58,748 nucleotides of DNA, taken from sequence record SRR22947727_255; one strand, 5' to 3'. The notes below the pieces were generated by a model, which made no database searches, was not told the DNA's origin, and saw only the letters and a list, made by a program, of their open reading frames with translations. Positions within the stretch are counted from its first letter, which is position 1. Each line of letters starts with the position of its first letter. A program made the position numbers and the translations under genes. Shown here one piece after another: positions 46,691 through 56,781 of the stretch.

Positions 46691-48446
46691 ATTTTTTACC
46701 TGTTTGGACATCCCAAAGGTTTGCATAAACTTTTTTTAATTTAACGAGTTCTTCGTGAGTTCCACTTTCTACAATTTGTCCATTTTCAAGTACATAGATA
46801 ATATCCGCATTTCTAATGGTTGAAAGTCTATGCGCAATAGCTATCACAGTTCGCCCCTCTTTCAAGGTATCCAATGATCGTTGAATTGCTGCCTCTGTTT
46901 CGTTGTCAACCGCAGATGTTGCTTCATCTAGAATCAAAATCTCAGGATTTTTTAAGATAGCTCTAGCTATAGAAATTCTCTGTCTTTGGCCACCAGATAG
47001 TTTTTGACCACGTTCACCTACGATTGTATCTTCTTTGTTTGGCAGAAGATTAATGAACTCGTCTGATTCTGATAGTTTGGCTGCCTTCCAAATATCACCA
47101 TTGCTAGCTTCTAGATTTCCATATGCAATATTCTCAAAAACTGTTCCTTCAAATAGAAATATATCTTGACTCACTAAACCAATGGTTTTTCTTAGGCTGT
47201 GGATATTCAAATCTTTAATATCTATGTCATCAAATTTTATTTTTCCAGCTTTCACATCGTAGAGTCGTAGGAGTAATTTTATTAATGTAGATTTTCCTGA
47301 ACCCGTACTTCCTACAATCGCTGTAGTACTACCTTTTTTAATATTTATTGAGACATCGTTTAATACAGGAAAGTTATCTACATAAGAAAAATTAACACCT
47401 TCTAAAGATATAAATTTCTCAATACTTCCAGCTTCTATTGAACCATTTTGGATATCGGGCTGAGTGTTTTTTAGTGCGTTTATTCGTTTAAATGAAGCCA
47501 TTGCACGTTGGTATAGGTCAAATGTATCTCCTAGTTCAGTAAGGGGCCAAAGCAGTCGTTGAGTTATAAAAAGCAAAACTGAATACATGGCAACATTAAT
47601 TTCACCATCCAAAGCCATGAATCCTCCGATTAAAAGTGTTGCGGTGAAGCCAAATAAAATAGCTATTCGAATTATTGGGATAAAAGCAGCAGAAAGCTTT
47701 ATAGCATGATAATTTGCACTTTTTACTTCCATTGAGGATGTAAGAATACGATTAAATTCTTTTTCTTCTCTGTTGAAACTTTTAACTGTTAACACTCCAG
47801 AAAGGGAATTTGAAAGATTTGCATTTAAGGTCTCGATTGTGTTTCTTATACGTGTGTATCTAGAAGCAATTGTTTTAGTAAATTTAAATGAACCAAATAT
47901 AATGATCGGGATCGGAATGAAGGCAAATATTGCTATTAGTGGGGAGATGTAGAGAAATGTTCCTCCAATGACAACTACAGTAGTTAAAGTTTGCAACAGC
48001 TTATTAGCTCCGGTATCTAGAAATTTTTCTAACTGATTTACATCATCATTCAACACAGCCATTAATCTTCCTGATGATTTGTTTTCAAAATACTGAAGAT
48101 CTAATCCAAGAACATTTTTGAATGTGTCTGTTCTTAAACTGTGCTCTACGTCCTGTGAGATATTTCTCCAGGTTACTGCTGCAACGTAGTCAAAGGTTGA
48201 TTCTAAAGCCCAAATGATAAATGTTAAAAAAGCAAGAACTATAAGTTGTTGTCTTCTATCTTCGATTCCAAGGCTACCTAAGAAAGAGTCTGAACCTTCA
48301 ACTACGATATCAATTGCAATTCCAATTAGAACAGGGGGAGCTAAGTCAAAAAGTTTATTAAGTATGGAGTAAAGTATCCCTCGACGAACCTTTGTTTCTT
48401 GTTCTTTCGAATAGAGATAAAGATTTTTTAAACTATTCTGCTTCAT
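46674..48446 (-). CDS. ABC exporter, fused permease and ATPase
   Basis: TM domain followed by GSTGSGKST, LSGGQRQR and DEATSAVD. Confidence 0.93.
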   Translation of the reverse strand: MKQNSLKNLYLYSKEQETKVRRGILYSILNKLFDLAPPVLIGIAIDIVVEGSDSFLGSLGIEDRRQQLIVLAFLTFIIWALESTFDYVAAVTWRNISQDVEHSLRTDTFKNVLGLDLQYFENKSSGRLMAVLNDDVNQLEKFLDTGANKLLQTLTTVVVIGGTFLYISPLIAIFAFIPIPIIIFGSFKFTKTIASRYTRIRNTIETLNANLSNSLSGVLTVKSFNREEKEFNRILTSSMEVKSANYHAIKLSAAFIPIIRIAILFGFTATLLIGGFMALDGEINVAMYSVLLFITQRLLWPLTELGDTFDLYQRAMASFKRINALKNTQPDIQNGSIEAGSIEKFISLEGVNFSYVDNFPVLNDVSINIKKGSTTAIVGSTGSGKSTLIKLLLRLYDVKAGKIKFDDIDIKDLNIHSLRKTIGLVSQDIFLFEGTVFENIAYGNLEASNGDIWKAAKLSESDEFINLLPNKEDTIVGERGQKLSGGQRQRISIARAILKNPEILILDEATSAVDNETEAAIQRSLDTLKEGRTVIAIAHRLSTIRNADIIYVLENGQIVESGTHEELVKLKKVYANLWDVQTGKKFNSKL

Positions 48447-48455
48447 TCATTTAGA

Positions 48456-48860
48456 TTACTTAGTGCTTAAATTATTAATACCGTCTCTTATTTCTTTTAG
48501 TAAAACAACTTCTTTTGATTCCGATGCAACTTCTTCGGTTTCATCATCTCCAACTACGTCTTCAAAGTGGTTGTATGCTTTTATTACAAGAAACATAACA
48601 AAAGCAATAATCGTATAGTTAATTACTTCACCAAGAAAAGCACCCACACTTCCTGCATTAATTCCAGAGGTCGGGTCTATGTCACCAAACAAACCCAGAT
48701 TCTCTAAGTTTGGCAAATTTAAAAATAATCCGATTACTGGCTCAACAAGACGTTTAGTAAAAACATCAACTAAAGACTTAAAAGAGGCACCCATCACAAA
48801 TGCAACTCCTAGTTCAACAACATTTCCTCTATTAATAAAATTTCTAAATTCTTTTATCAA
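48456..48860 (-). CDS. mscL: Large-conductance mechanosensitive channel
   Basis: EFRNFINRGNVVELGVAFVMG...LLKEIRD. Confidence 0.93.
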   Translation of the reverse strand: MIKEFRNFINRGNVVELGVAFVMGASFKSLVDVFTKRLVEPVIGLFLNLPNLENLGLFGDIDPTSGINAGSVGAFLGEVINYTIIAFVMFLVIKAYNHFEDVVGDDETEEVASESKEVVLLKEIRDGINNLSTK

Positions 48861-48917
48861 AATTACTCCCTAACTTTTTTATCTCAATATATAAGAATAG
48901 TTGTATTCTTATAAGCT

Positions 48918-50282
48918 ATGAGAAAAAAACTAATAACTTTACTAGCTTTTATTTTGATTACTTCCTGTGCCTCAGAAGATATTGAAGAAACAGCTACACC
49001 TGTGCCAGAGTCTACAACATCTAGTTCCACAACAACTACAACTTCAACAACAGTACCTGAAAGTACTGTATTTGCTCTTGATGAATATGGAATTGAATTG
49101 ATTGAAATGAAGCCAGAAATGAAAGAGCAGTTTGATGATCTGATTGCTTTTGTTGAAAAAAGAACAGGTCTAACTTATACGGAATACCCTAAGTATGAGT
49201 TGTATACGAGTAATGGTTACCAAGAATATAATGAGCTTTCCTTTTTAGACAACTTTGAAGAAGACTATGAAGAGGGCGAGTGGGAGAGAGCTGTACTTTC
49301 AGAAAACATGTGGGGATTAAGCACTGCTTCTCCAGAGGCAATGAAAAATCTTCTCGTCGAGTATCAGAGATGTGCTTCATCAGGATCATATAACTTGGTG
49401 GACAAAGTACTAAGAGTTCCGGTAAAAACAAATCAACAGAAATTCAATCTCTGGGAGCAAAGCGTACTAGTTCATGAACTAACTCACACACTACAGGGAC
49501 AGGTAATAGATCTTGCTGGGTGGTATGACGAAATGAAAGAGAAAGATGATTTTTCTGACTATGCCGGGAGAAGATCCATTATGGAAGCTCAAGCTGATTT
49601 AGTTCAGGCAAGATGGGAATCTGGCCTTGATCAATATGATAGGACTGCCATGAATTCACAACAGCCTAATTTTGTTTGCAGAGTTCAACTACCTACTTAC
49701 TTTTATATTCCAAATGAACTGTATTACTCTTTTGGTCCACAACTAGTTAAACAAATTAATAATCAAGGTGGGATGGAAGCTATAAACGAGGCTTTATATC
49801 AACTACCAACTGCAGAACAAATTTATGAACCTGAAAAATATTTCTCAGGAGAAGTGTATGAAAATGTAATTATTGAAGATTTAATTGTTACTGACTACAA
49901 CTTAGTTAAAGAGGGAACAATAGGAGCATTAGACATACCTTATATCCTCCAAGACACAATTGGCAGAGTAGCTTCTGTAAAGGCTGCAATTGGACTTGGT
50001 GGAGGTGCTTGGAAAGATTATGTAAATTCATCTCAACAACTAATGATGTCATTGAAAATGACTGGAGACACTCCAGAAGATTTAGAAGAAATCTACAACG
50101 CTTATATAGCTTGGGCAAATGCTCAGGAAAGATTTACAAGCGTTGAGTCTTTCGAAGGTGGCATGCTCTATATTGGGGAAACGAATGTCTGGATTTCTAA
50201 TGACAGTACTCATGTAAGAATGTTACTGACCCAAGATTTAGAAATATTTAATGAAATTACTACACAGATAAGTCGTTTTTAA
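48918..50282 (+). CDS. Lipoprotein with Thr-rich linker and zincin metallopeptidase-like domain
   Basis: Lipobox ITS-C, STTSSSTTTTTSTT linker, HELTH...EAQA. Confidence 0.8.
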   Translation: MRKKLITLLAFILITSCASEDIEETATPVPESTTSSSTTTTTSTTVPESTVFALDEYGIELIEMKPEMKEQFDDLIAFVEKRTGLTYTEYPKYELYTSNGYQEYNELSFLDNFEEDYEEGEWERAVLSENMWGLSTASPEAMKNLLVEYQRCASSGSYNLVDKVLRVPVKTNQQKFNLWEQSVLVHELTHTLQGQVIDLAGWYDEMKEKDDFSDYAGRRSIMEAQADLVQARWESGLDQYDRTAMNSQQPNFVCRVQLPTYFYIPNELYYSFGPQLVKQINNQGGMEAINEALYQLPTAEQIYEPEKYFSGEVYENVIIEDLIVTDYNLVKEGTIGALDIPYILQDTIGRVASVKAAIGLGGGAWKDYVNSSQQLMMSLKMTGDTPEDLEEIYNAYIAWANAQERFTSVESFEGGMLYIGETNVWISNDSTHVRMLLTQDLEIFNEITTQISRF

Positions 50283-50286
50283 AACT

Positions 50287-51102
50287 TTGGGCACTCTATT
50301 TATATGTGCAACACCGATAGGAAATCTTTCTGACATTTCCAAAAGACTCGCAGAAACTTTGAGTAAAGTTGACTGTATTTATGGTGAAGATACTCGAAGA
50401 GTTCTTAAGTTACTAAATCATCTAAATATAAAAAAGCCTGTGTATTCATATTTCCTTGGGAATGAGATAGAAAAGTTAAATGAAATTGAAAATTTACTAG
50501 ATTCTGGTCAAGATGTCGCCTTACTTTCTGATGCGGGAACTCCACTGATTGCTGACCCGGGTTCAGAGTTAGTTGCCGCACTAGCACATAAGAAAATAAA
50601 AATTGAATCCATCCCTGGACCTTCAAGTGTTATTGTAGCTTTGACACTGTCAGGCTTTGATCTGAGTAGGTTTCGATTTGTTGGATTTATACCCCGGTCT
50701 GGAAAAGAACGATTATCATTCATCTCTGATTTAGTTACTTCGGACACCACAACGGTGTGTTTCACCTCGCCAAAAAGATTGTCGAAGGATTTGGGAACTT
50801 TTGTTAAAGAAAGAATCACTAACGAAATAGTTATTTGTAGAGAGCTCACTAAAAAATTTGAGACTATTTATCGAGGTACCGCAAAAGAATTATTAGAAGA
50901 GTTCAAAGGAAATGATGTTAAAGGCGAGATTACCATGGTGATTGAGGGTTTACAGAAACAAACAAGACTTGACCTTGATATAGAAAGTGCTGTTGATAAT
51001 TTATTAAAATATGATATTCCAAAACGTGAAATTGCTAAGACGATATCTTTAATTGCTGATATTTCAACTAATGAAATCTACGAAAAGATTAAAGACCTTT
51101 AA
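50287..51102 (+). CDS. rsmI: 16S rRNA C1402 2'-O-methyltransferase
   Basis: TPIGNL, EDTR, SDAGTP.I.DPG, RELTKKFE. Confidence 0.95.
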   Translation: MGTLFICATPIGNLSDISKRLAETLSKVDCIYGEDTRRVLKLLNHLNIKKPVYSYFLGNEIEKLNEIENLLDSGQDVALLSDAGTPLIADPGSELVAALAHKKIKIESIPGPSSVIVALTLSGFDLSRFRFVGFIPRSGKERLSFISDLVTSDTTTVCFTSPKRLSKDLGTFVKERITNEIVICRELTKKFETIYRGTAKELLEEFKGNDVKGEITMVIEGLQKQTRLDLDIESAVDNLLKYDIPKREIAKTISLIADISTNEIYEKIKDL

Positions 51103-51328
51103 TTTCTGAAATACAGCTATCACAAAGTAATTTGTCACTTACCTGAGTACTCACATCTTTAGTATCACAAATAGAGCAAGTTTTATATCCTTTAGTAATT
51201 ATTAGTTTTGCATTATCCACAGTCATAGAGATCTCATCATTATGCTTAATGCCTAATGCATCTCTTATTGTTTTAGGGATAACGACTCTCCCAAGGTTAT
51301 CAATCTTTCCTTTATTACCTTTACTCAT
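51089..51328 (-). CDS. AbrB-family transcription regulator with C-terminal Cys4 motif
   Basis: IDNLGRVVIPKTIRDALGI...CSIC...CDSC; AGGAG SD. Confidence 0.88.
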   Translation of the reverse strand: MSKGNKGKIDNLGRVVIPKTIRDALGIKHNDEISMTVDNAKLIITKGYKTCSICDTKDVSTQVSDKLLCDSCISEIKGL

Positions 51329-51358
51329 ATATATTTATGCTCCTATTCTTATATAGTA

Positions 51359-52126
51359 GTGAAAGAAACAGCAATTAAACAAGAACCTAAATGGGTCGAT
51401 ACTCATTGTCACTTACAGTTGACTGATTATGATTTGGCTGATCTGAGTTTTGAATTCTTAGAATATCTTATACTTCCAGGCGTTGATGTTGATTCCTCTA
51501 AAAAAGCAAAAGAGTTTTCATCAAATTTACCAGTTCCAGCATATTGGGCAGCAGGATTACATCCCCATGATGCAAAAAATCTTATAAGACAAAAAGAAGA
51601 TCTCTCGAAATTAATTAATGAAGCAGATCTAATTGGTGAAACAGGTTTAGATTACTATAGAGACCATTCCACAAGAGAAGAACAACGTGAAAATCTAATA
51701 TTTCATCTTGAGATGGCTCGAAAACTTTTAAAACCAGTAATTATTCATTGCCGTGATAGTTTTAAAGATACTTATGAAATCATAGCTAAATACAGTGGTG
51801 AGTTTCCTGTCATACTGCATTCTTGGACAGGTGGTAATAAATGGACCAAGAAATTTATTGAGTTAGGAGTATATTTTTCGCTGTCAGGAATATTAACTTA
51901 TGAAACAGCAAAAGATCTCAACTTATCAGTAAGAAAAATTCCTTTGGACAGGCTTCTGCTTGAAACGGATACACCATATTTGGCACCTGGTATTCATAAA
52001 GGCAAAAACAACAAACCAGAGTATATTGTTGAGACTGCAAAACATTTAGCACAACTTAGGGAGATAACCCTTCAAGAGCTTTCAGAGATAACGATTAAAA
52101 ATACAAACACTGTGTTAGGTAAATAG
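51359..52126 (+). CDS. tatD: TatD-family nuclease
   Basis: DTHCH, GLHP, GETGLD, HCR, LETDTPYL. Confidence 0.93.
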   Translation: MKETAIKQEPKWVDTHCHLQLTDYDLADLSFEFLEYLILPGVDVDSSKKAKEFSSNLPVPAYWAAGLHPHDAKNLIRQKEDLSKLINEADLIGETGLDYYRDHSTREEQRENLIFHLEMARKLLKPVIIHCRDSFKDTYEIIAKYSGEFPVILHSWTGGNKWTKKFIELGVYFSLSGILTYETAKDLNLSVRKIPLDRLLLETDTPYLAPGIHKGKNNKPEYIVETAKHLAQLREITLQELSEITIKNTNTVLGK

Positions 52127-52132
52127 TAAATA

Positions 52133-52924
52133 ATGAGCGAAGCATATTGGATAAAAAAAATAGAGGGTAAACCTAATTTTAAATTAGGACAAAATTTCCT
52201 CATAGACACAAATATTTCAAGAAAAATAACAAAGCTTGTACAAGGACAACTTGCAGATCCAATTATTGAAATTGGACCTGGTACAGGATCCTTAACCAAT
52301 GAATTGCTCAAAGATAATTATAGATTAAGAGTTCTTGAAATAGATAAGAACTTAGCTGCAATTACAGAGGAACGTTTTTCTGAAATTCCTAATATTGAAG
52401 TAATTACTCAGGACGCAATGGAGTACGACTACTCAAAATTAACAGGTCCTTGGTGGATACTTGTTTCCAACCTTCCTTACTACATAGGAACAAGGCTACT
52501 TGTTAAATTAATAACTGAAGTTCCAGTAATTCACAGATATGTTGTTATGGTTCAAAAAGAAGTTGCCGAGAGAATCACCGCACAACCCAATACAAAAGAG
52601 TATGGCGCACTATCAGTTGTCTGCTCATTATTCACTACCCCTAAGCTGCAATTTGATGTTAGTAAAAACTGCTTTAGTCCTGTACCAAAGGTCACATCAA
52701 GTGTTGTTACTCTACAACGAGAGAGATTGATAGATGAAGAGGAACGCTTAGAGGCCTTTAATCTTGCAAAAATTGCATTCCAGCAAAAAAGAAAAAAAAT
52801 TAAATCAGCATTGCAAGAATACTTCAGTGTTGAAGAACTAGAAAAATTAGGAATTAATCCTGATGACAGGCCACAAAAATTAACTCCTGAACAATATTTG
52901 TTATTAGCGAAGAGTTTAAAGTGA
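52133..52924 (+). CDS. rsmA: 16S rRNA adenine dimethyltransferase
   Basis: LGQNFL, EIGPG, NLPYYI, QKEVAER. Confidence 0.96.
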   Translation: MSEAYWIKKIEGKPNFKLGQNFLIDTNISRKITKLVQGQLADPIIEIGPGTGSLTNELLKDNYRLRVLEIDKNLAAITEERFSEIPNIEVITQDAMEYDYSKLTGPWWILVSNLPYYIGTRLLVKLITEVPVIHRYVVMVQKEVAERITAQPNTKEYGALSVVCSLFTTPKLQFDVSKNCFSPVPKVTSSVVTLQRERLIDEEERLEAFNLAKIAFQQKRKKIKSALQEYFSVEELEKLGINPDDRPQKLTPEQYLLLAKSLK

Positions 52925-53751
52925 AACTTCACAGTTCTGCAAAAATTAACTTAAACCTAATTATTGATAACAACATTGTTAACGGTCTACATACTCTATC
53001 AACCCTAATGATTCCAATTAATCTTTTTGATGAAATTGAAATAAAAGAAATTGATACTGACGACGATATCATTGAATTTAGTCCTCAAATCAAAATGAAT
53101 GGTGAATCAACTATTCACAAGGCTTTACAATGTTTACGTATTGTGAACAATTTCGAACAGAAGTTCCATATAAAAGTTAAAAAAAATATACCAGTAGAGG
53201 CAGGACTAGGCGGCGGTAGTTCTAATGCAGGGAGCATTATTAAATATATGGCTACAAGGTACAACCTGATTATTCCCGAGCAGGCTGTAATAGCAAGGAG
53301 CATTGGAAGTGATGTCCCTTTTTTCGTTAATGGATCATCCGCTCAAGTTACTGGGTTTGGAGAAGAGGTAAGATCTGTAAAATTAACAGAGCCTTTTCAC
53401 TTACTAATTGCCACCCCACATGAAACACTTTCTACTGTTGATGTTTTTAATTCGTTTGATAAACAGGCAGTAGAGGAAGAAGTTGATACTAAATTTTACA
53501 AAGATATAGCAATTAAGAATAACCTTTGGAATGCTGCAGTAGGAATTGAGCCAAAACTACTTGAACATAAAAAATATCTCGAGAGCATTGTCGAGAGTGA
53601 ATTCTTTATGTCTGGTAGTGGCACTACCTTATTTTGCATGGGTGAGGAAAATGAACTTACTGATAAGAAGGAAAAGATAAATATAGAACCATTTAGACAC
53701 CTAGCTGTAACAAAAAAAATTGATTGTAGCTTGTTACAGGAAGCAGATTAG
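52921..53751 (+). CDS. ispE: 4-diphosphocytidyl-2-C-methyl-D-erythritol kinase
   Basis: AKINL, IPVEAGLGGGSSNA, GSDVPFF, MSGSG. Confidence 0.93.
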   Translation: MKLHSSAKINLNLIIDNNIVNGLHTLSTLMIPINLFDEIEIKEIDTDDDIIEFSPQIKMNGESTIHKALQCLRIVNNFEQKFHIKVKKNIPVEAGLGGGSSNAGSIIKYMATRYNLIIPEQAVIARSIGSDVPFFVNGSSAQVTGFGEEVRSVKLTEPFHLLIATPHETLSTVDVFNSFDKQAVEEEVDTKFYKDIAIKNNLWNAAVGIEPKLLEHKKYLESIVESEFFMSGSGTTLFCMGEENELTDKKEKINIEPFRHLAVTKKIDCSLLQEAD

Positions 53752-53768
53752 AATAATCCTAAGGTCAG

Positions 53769-53840
53769 TGGGAGATGGTGTAATTGGCAACACATTTGGT
53801 TTTGGTCCAAACGTTGAGGGTTCGAGTCCTTCTCTCCCAG
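53769..53840 (+). tRNA. tRNA-Gln(UUG), CCA not encoded
   Basis: Acceptor stem TGGGAGA/TCTCCCA, anticodon arm TTTGG-TTTTGGT-CCAAA, T-loop GGTTCGAGTCC. Confidence 0.96.
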
Positions 53841-53848
53841 CAAATTAA

Positions 53849-55222
53849 ATGAAAATATCAGGAGTCATATTAGCTGCAGGTAAAGGGACTCGTATGAAGT
53901 CTGACTTACCCAAAGTATTGCATTCCGTTTTAGGTAAACCTATGATTACTTACGGACAGAATGCTATAAAACATTTGAATAACAAGTATGTAGTAGTTGG
54001 TCACCAATCAGATTTAGTTATTAAAGAATTAGCAAATGAATTTAAACCAGTAATACAAGAAGAGCAATTGGGTACGGGACATGCGGTTCTGACACTATTA
54101 AATAGTAATGAATTTAAAAATGATGATTCAGAATACATCGTTATCATACCCGGAGACGCACCTTTACTTCTTAAAGAAAGCATTGATAAGTTAATCTCTG
54201 AATCAACAAAACGTAAAGTTGCTTTGGGAATTATTACAGCTGAGGTTACTAACCCCAGTGGTTATGGAAGAATCATTAAAGATGGAAATACAATTTCAAA
54301 AATTGTTGAAGAGGCTGATTCATCTGAGGATGAGCAAAAGATAAATGAAATCAATTCTGGGATGTACTGCTTCAATAAGAATTTTTTACTTGAAAATATC
54401 AAAACGCTAAATAGCAATAATGAACAAAATGAAATATATTTAACAGATTTAATTGAGATAGCTTTTCAAAATAAATTGGATACAGTTATAGTACAAGTAA
54501 GCGAAGATACTATTAAAGGTGTGAACTCTATGAGTCAACTAAACGAAGTTGAGACGTCCTTAAGAGAAGAGTTAATCACTTCACATATGGAAAACGGCGT
54601 CTACTTTCAAGACCCTACTTCAACCTATATAGACAAAGGTGTTGTGATCAAAGCTGGATCAAGAATAATGGCCAATACGCATCTCACTGGTACAACAGAA
54701 ATTCATGATAATTGTGTAGTCGGTCCAAATACAATGATCAATGATTCAATAATTGGAGGGGGATCATCAGTAATCTTTTCAGTACTTGATGGGGTAACAA
54801 TAAAAGGTACCGGTACAATCGGCCCTTACGCACATCTTAGAAGAGGCTCTATCTTGGAAGAGGGAGTGAAGGTTGGTGCCTTTGCTGAAACAAAAAATTC
54901 AAATGTTGGTAGTGGCAGTAAAATTCCACATCTTTCTTACGTGGGAGATGCAGACCTAGAAGAGAATGTTAATTTTTCTGCTGGTTCCATTACTGTAAAT
55001 TATGATGGAAAAAATAAACACAGAACAGAAATTAAAAAGGATGCTTTTGTTGGTTCGGATGTAATGCTTGTCGCACCAGTAACAGTTGGAGAAGGGGCAA
55101 TGATAGGAGCAGGTTCAGTCATAACTAAAGATGTACCGCCAAAGGCTTTAGGTATTGAGAGAAATCAGCAAAAAAATATTGATGGGTATATGGATAGAAA
55201 AAAACCAAAGGATGAAAATTGA
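53849..55222 (+). CDS. glmU: Bifunctional UDP-GlcNAc pyrophosphorylase/acetyltransferase
   Basis: LAAGKGTRMKS, QLGTGHA, HLSYVGD, NYDG, hexapeptide repeats. Confidence 0.96.
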   Translation: MKISGVILAAGKGTRMKSDLPKVLHSVLGKPMITYGQNAIKHLNNKYVVVGHQSDLVIKELANEFKPVIQEEQLGTGHAVLTLLNSNEFKNDDSEYIVIIPGDAPLLLKESIDKLISESTKRKVALGIITAEVTNPSGYGRIIKDGNTISKIVEEADSSEDEQKINEINSGMYCFNKNFLLENIKTLNSNNEQNEIYLTDLIEIAFQNKLDTVIVQVSEDTIKGVNSMSQLNEVETSLREELITSHMENGVYFQDPTSTYIDKGVVIKAGSRIMANTHLTGTTEIHDNCVVGPNTMINDSIIGGGSSVIFSVLDGVTIKGTGTIGPYAHLRRGSILEEGVKVGAFAETKNSNVGSGSKIPHLSYVGDADLEENVNFSAGSITVNYDGKNKHRTEIKKDAFVGSDVMLVAPVTVGEGAMIGAGSVITKDVPPKALGIERNQQKNIDGYMDRKKPKDEN

Positions 55223-56196
55223 TTGAACAACCAAGTAAAAAGAAAATGCTTTTGTTTGCAGGATCATCAAACCCAGAGCTTGCAGAGAAAGTAGCTGGAG
55301 AACTTGGTACCTCCCTAGCTTTAGTTGACAAGAAACAATTTGCTAGTGGTGAAATTTACATACGACTTGAGGAAAGTGCAAGGGGGGCTGACTGCTTCGT
55401 AATGCAGAGCCACTCTAATGGAGTCAACTTCACAATCATGGAGCAACTTTTACTCGTCGATGCATTAAAAAGAGCATCTGCAAAAAGAATAACGGCTGTA
55501 TTGCCCTTTTATCCCTACTCAAGACAAGATAAAAAAGCATTACCAAGAGAACCTATCTCAGCAAGATTGATTGGTGACCTTTTTATCACAGCTGGAGCAG
55601 ATAGGCTAGTTTCAATTGACTTACACACTCAACAAATACAGGGATTTATAGATGAGCCTTTCGATCATTTGACCGCACTTCCTCTCTTCGTAAATTACTT
55701 TAAGGACAAATTTAAAGAACCTGTATCAATTATCTCCCCTGATGCTGGAGGAGTGAAGAGGGCCACAACTTTTGCAAAACATTTAGAGGCATACGTCGGG
55801 TTTGTACACAAAAAAAGAGATCCGAAAATTCATAATGTGGTCGAGGCATTCACTGTAATTGGTGAAGTAGAGGACAGGCATGCAATATTAGTTGATGACA
55901 TTATTGATACAGGTGGCACCATAGCCGCAGCAGCAAAGATATTAAAAGAAAAGGGAGCCAAAACTGTAAGCGTTGTAGCTACTCATGGAATCTTCTCTGA
56001 TCTTTCTGTGGAAAATTTAAAAAATGCTCCTATAGATGAGATAATAACTACAGATACTTTATCTCAGAATGGAAATATTGAAGAAATAGGAAATGTAAAA
56101 GTACTCTCAGTTTCCTCAATAATCGCAAATGCATTAACATCTATATTTGCAGATGATTCAGTGTCAGCACTTTTCATGGGCGAAAACGTTTTATAA
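55219..56196 (+). CDS. prs: Ribose-phosphate pyrophosphokinase
   Basis: YSRQDK, DLHTQQIQG, SPDAGG, VDDIIDTGGT. Confidence 0.97.
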   Translation: MIEQPSKKKMLLFAGSSNPELAEKVAGELGTSLALVDKKQFASGEIYIRLEESARGADCFVMQSHSNGVNFTIMEQLLLVDALKRASAKRITAVLPFYPYSRQDKKALPREPISARLIGDLFITAGADRLVSIDLHTQQIQGFIDEPFDHLTALPLFVNYFKDKFKEPVSIISPDAGGVKRATTFAKHLEAYVGFVHKKRDPKIHNVVEAFTVIGEVEDRHAILVDDIIDTGGTIAAAAKILKEKGAKTVSVVATHGIFSDLSVENLKNAPIDEIITTDTLSQNGNIEEIGNVKVLSVSSIIANALTSIFADDSVSALFMGENVL

Positions 56197-56205
56197 GGAG
56201 AAAAA

Positions 56206-56433
56206 ATGGCTAAAACACAAAAAGTTAAAATTTCACTACAAGCATCGTTAAAAGAATATGAATTCGAGATAGAAGATAAGAAAAAGTTCACAGCTGAAAT
56301 TGAAGCCCTCATAAAAGATAATGGTATCTACTGGTATACGGACGAAGATGGGGAAGTAGGCATTAATGCTGGAAACATTAATTCAATTGAGTTTGCTCAA
56401 GAGCAAGACAAAAGAGAAGCTGGATTAGTTTAA
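56206..56433 (+). CDS. DUF3107-like small protein
   Basis: AAGGAG SD; VKI...E...TDEDG..I....I..IEF pattern. Confidence 0.6.
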   Translation: MAKTQKVKISLQASLKEYEFEIEDKKKFTAEIEALIKDNGIYWYTDEDGEVGINAGNINSIEFAQEQDKREAGLV

Positions 56434-56714
56434 AGGTTTAGAAGCGATCCGTTCTTACGATACTCTCTTCGAAGAGATTTTCTTTCTTCTTCAGTCGTTC
56501 CACCCCAGATACCTGAATCTTGGTTAGTTCTGATAGCATATTCAAGACAGTCTATTTTGACAACGCACTCATTGCAGACAGCTTTTGCTTCATTTGCCTG
56601 CTTGATAGCTTTCATAGACGAACCCACAGGAAAGAACAATTCAGTGTTAGCATAAACACATGAACCCTCTTCCATCCAGGCTTCCTGCTCTAGGTCAAAA
56701 TTTAGTATTTGCAC
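56430..56714 (-). CDS. whiB1: WhiB-family Fe-S regulator (WhiB1-like)
   Basis: C...ELFFPVG...AKAVCNEC....CL...NQDSGIWGGTTEEER. Confidence 0.9.
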   Translation of the reverse strand: MQILNFDLEQEAWMEEGSCVYANTELFFPVGSSMKAIKQANEAKAVCNECVVKIDCLEYAIRTNQDSGIWGGTTEEERKSLRREYRKNGSLLNL

Positions 56715-56728
56715 TATCTTCCTTACTT

Positions 56729-56744
56729 TGTGAAAACTTTCACA
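56729..56744. promoter_or_regulatory. CRP-family binding site upstream of whiB1
   Basis: Exact TGTGA-AAACTT-TCACA, just downstream of a minus-strand TACAAT (56749-56754). Confidence 0.75.
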
Positions 56745-56781
56745 ATCTATTGTAGTGATGTGTGGGAGTTAGGAAAGTATT

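Noticed and set aside
49008-49055. ACA/TCT-rich low-complexity repeat
   Set aside because: It encodes the Ser/Thr linker of the lipoprotein and is not a CRISPR array or a separate DNA repeat.
51089-51328. MazE/VapB antitoxin of a toxin-antitoxin pair
   Set aside because: There is no adjacent toxin gene, and the Cys4 tail and position fit an AbrB regulator.
1194-56312. Numerous 60-156 aa track ORFs antisense to or nested in long genes (e.g. 1194-1586, 4194-4664, 35722-36150, 52552-52932)
   Set aside because: They are shadows of well-supported genes, have no recognisable motifs and show the composition of reverse-strand codons.
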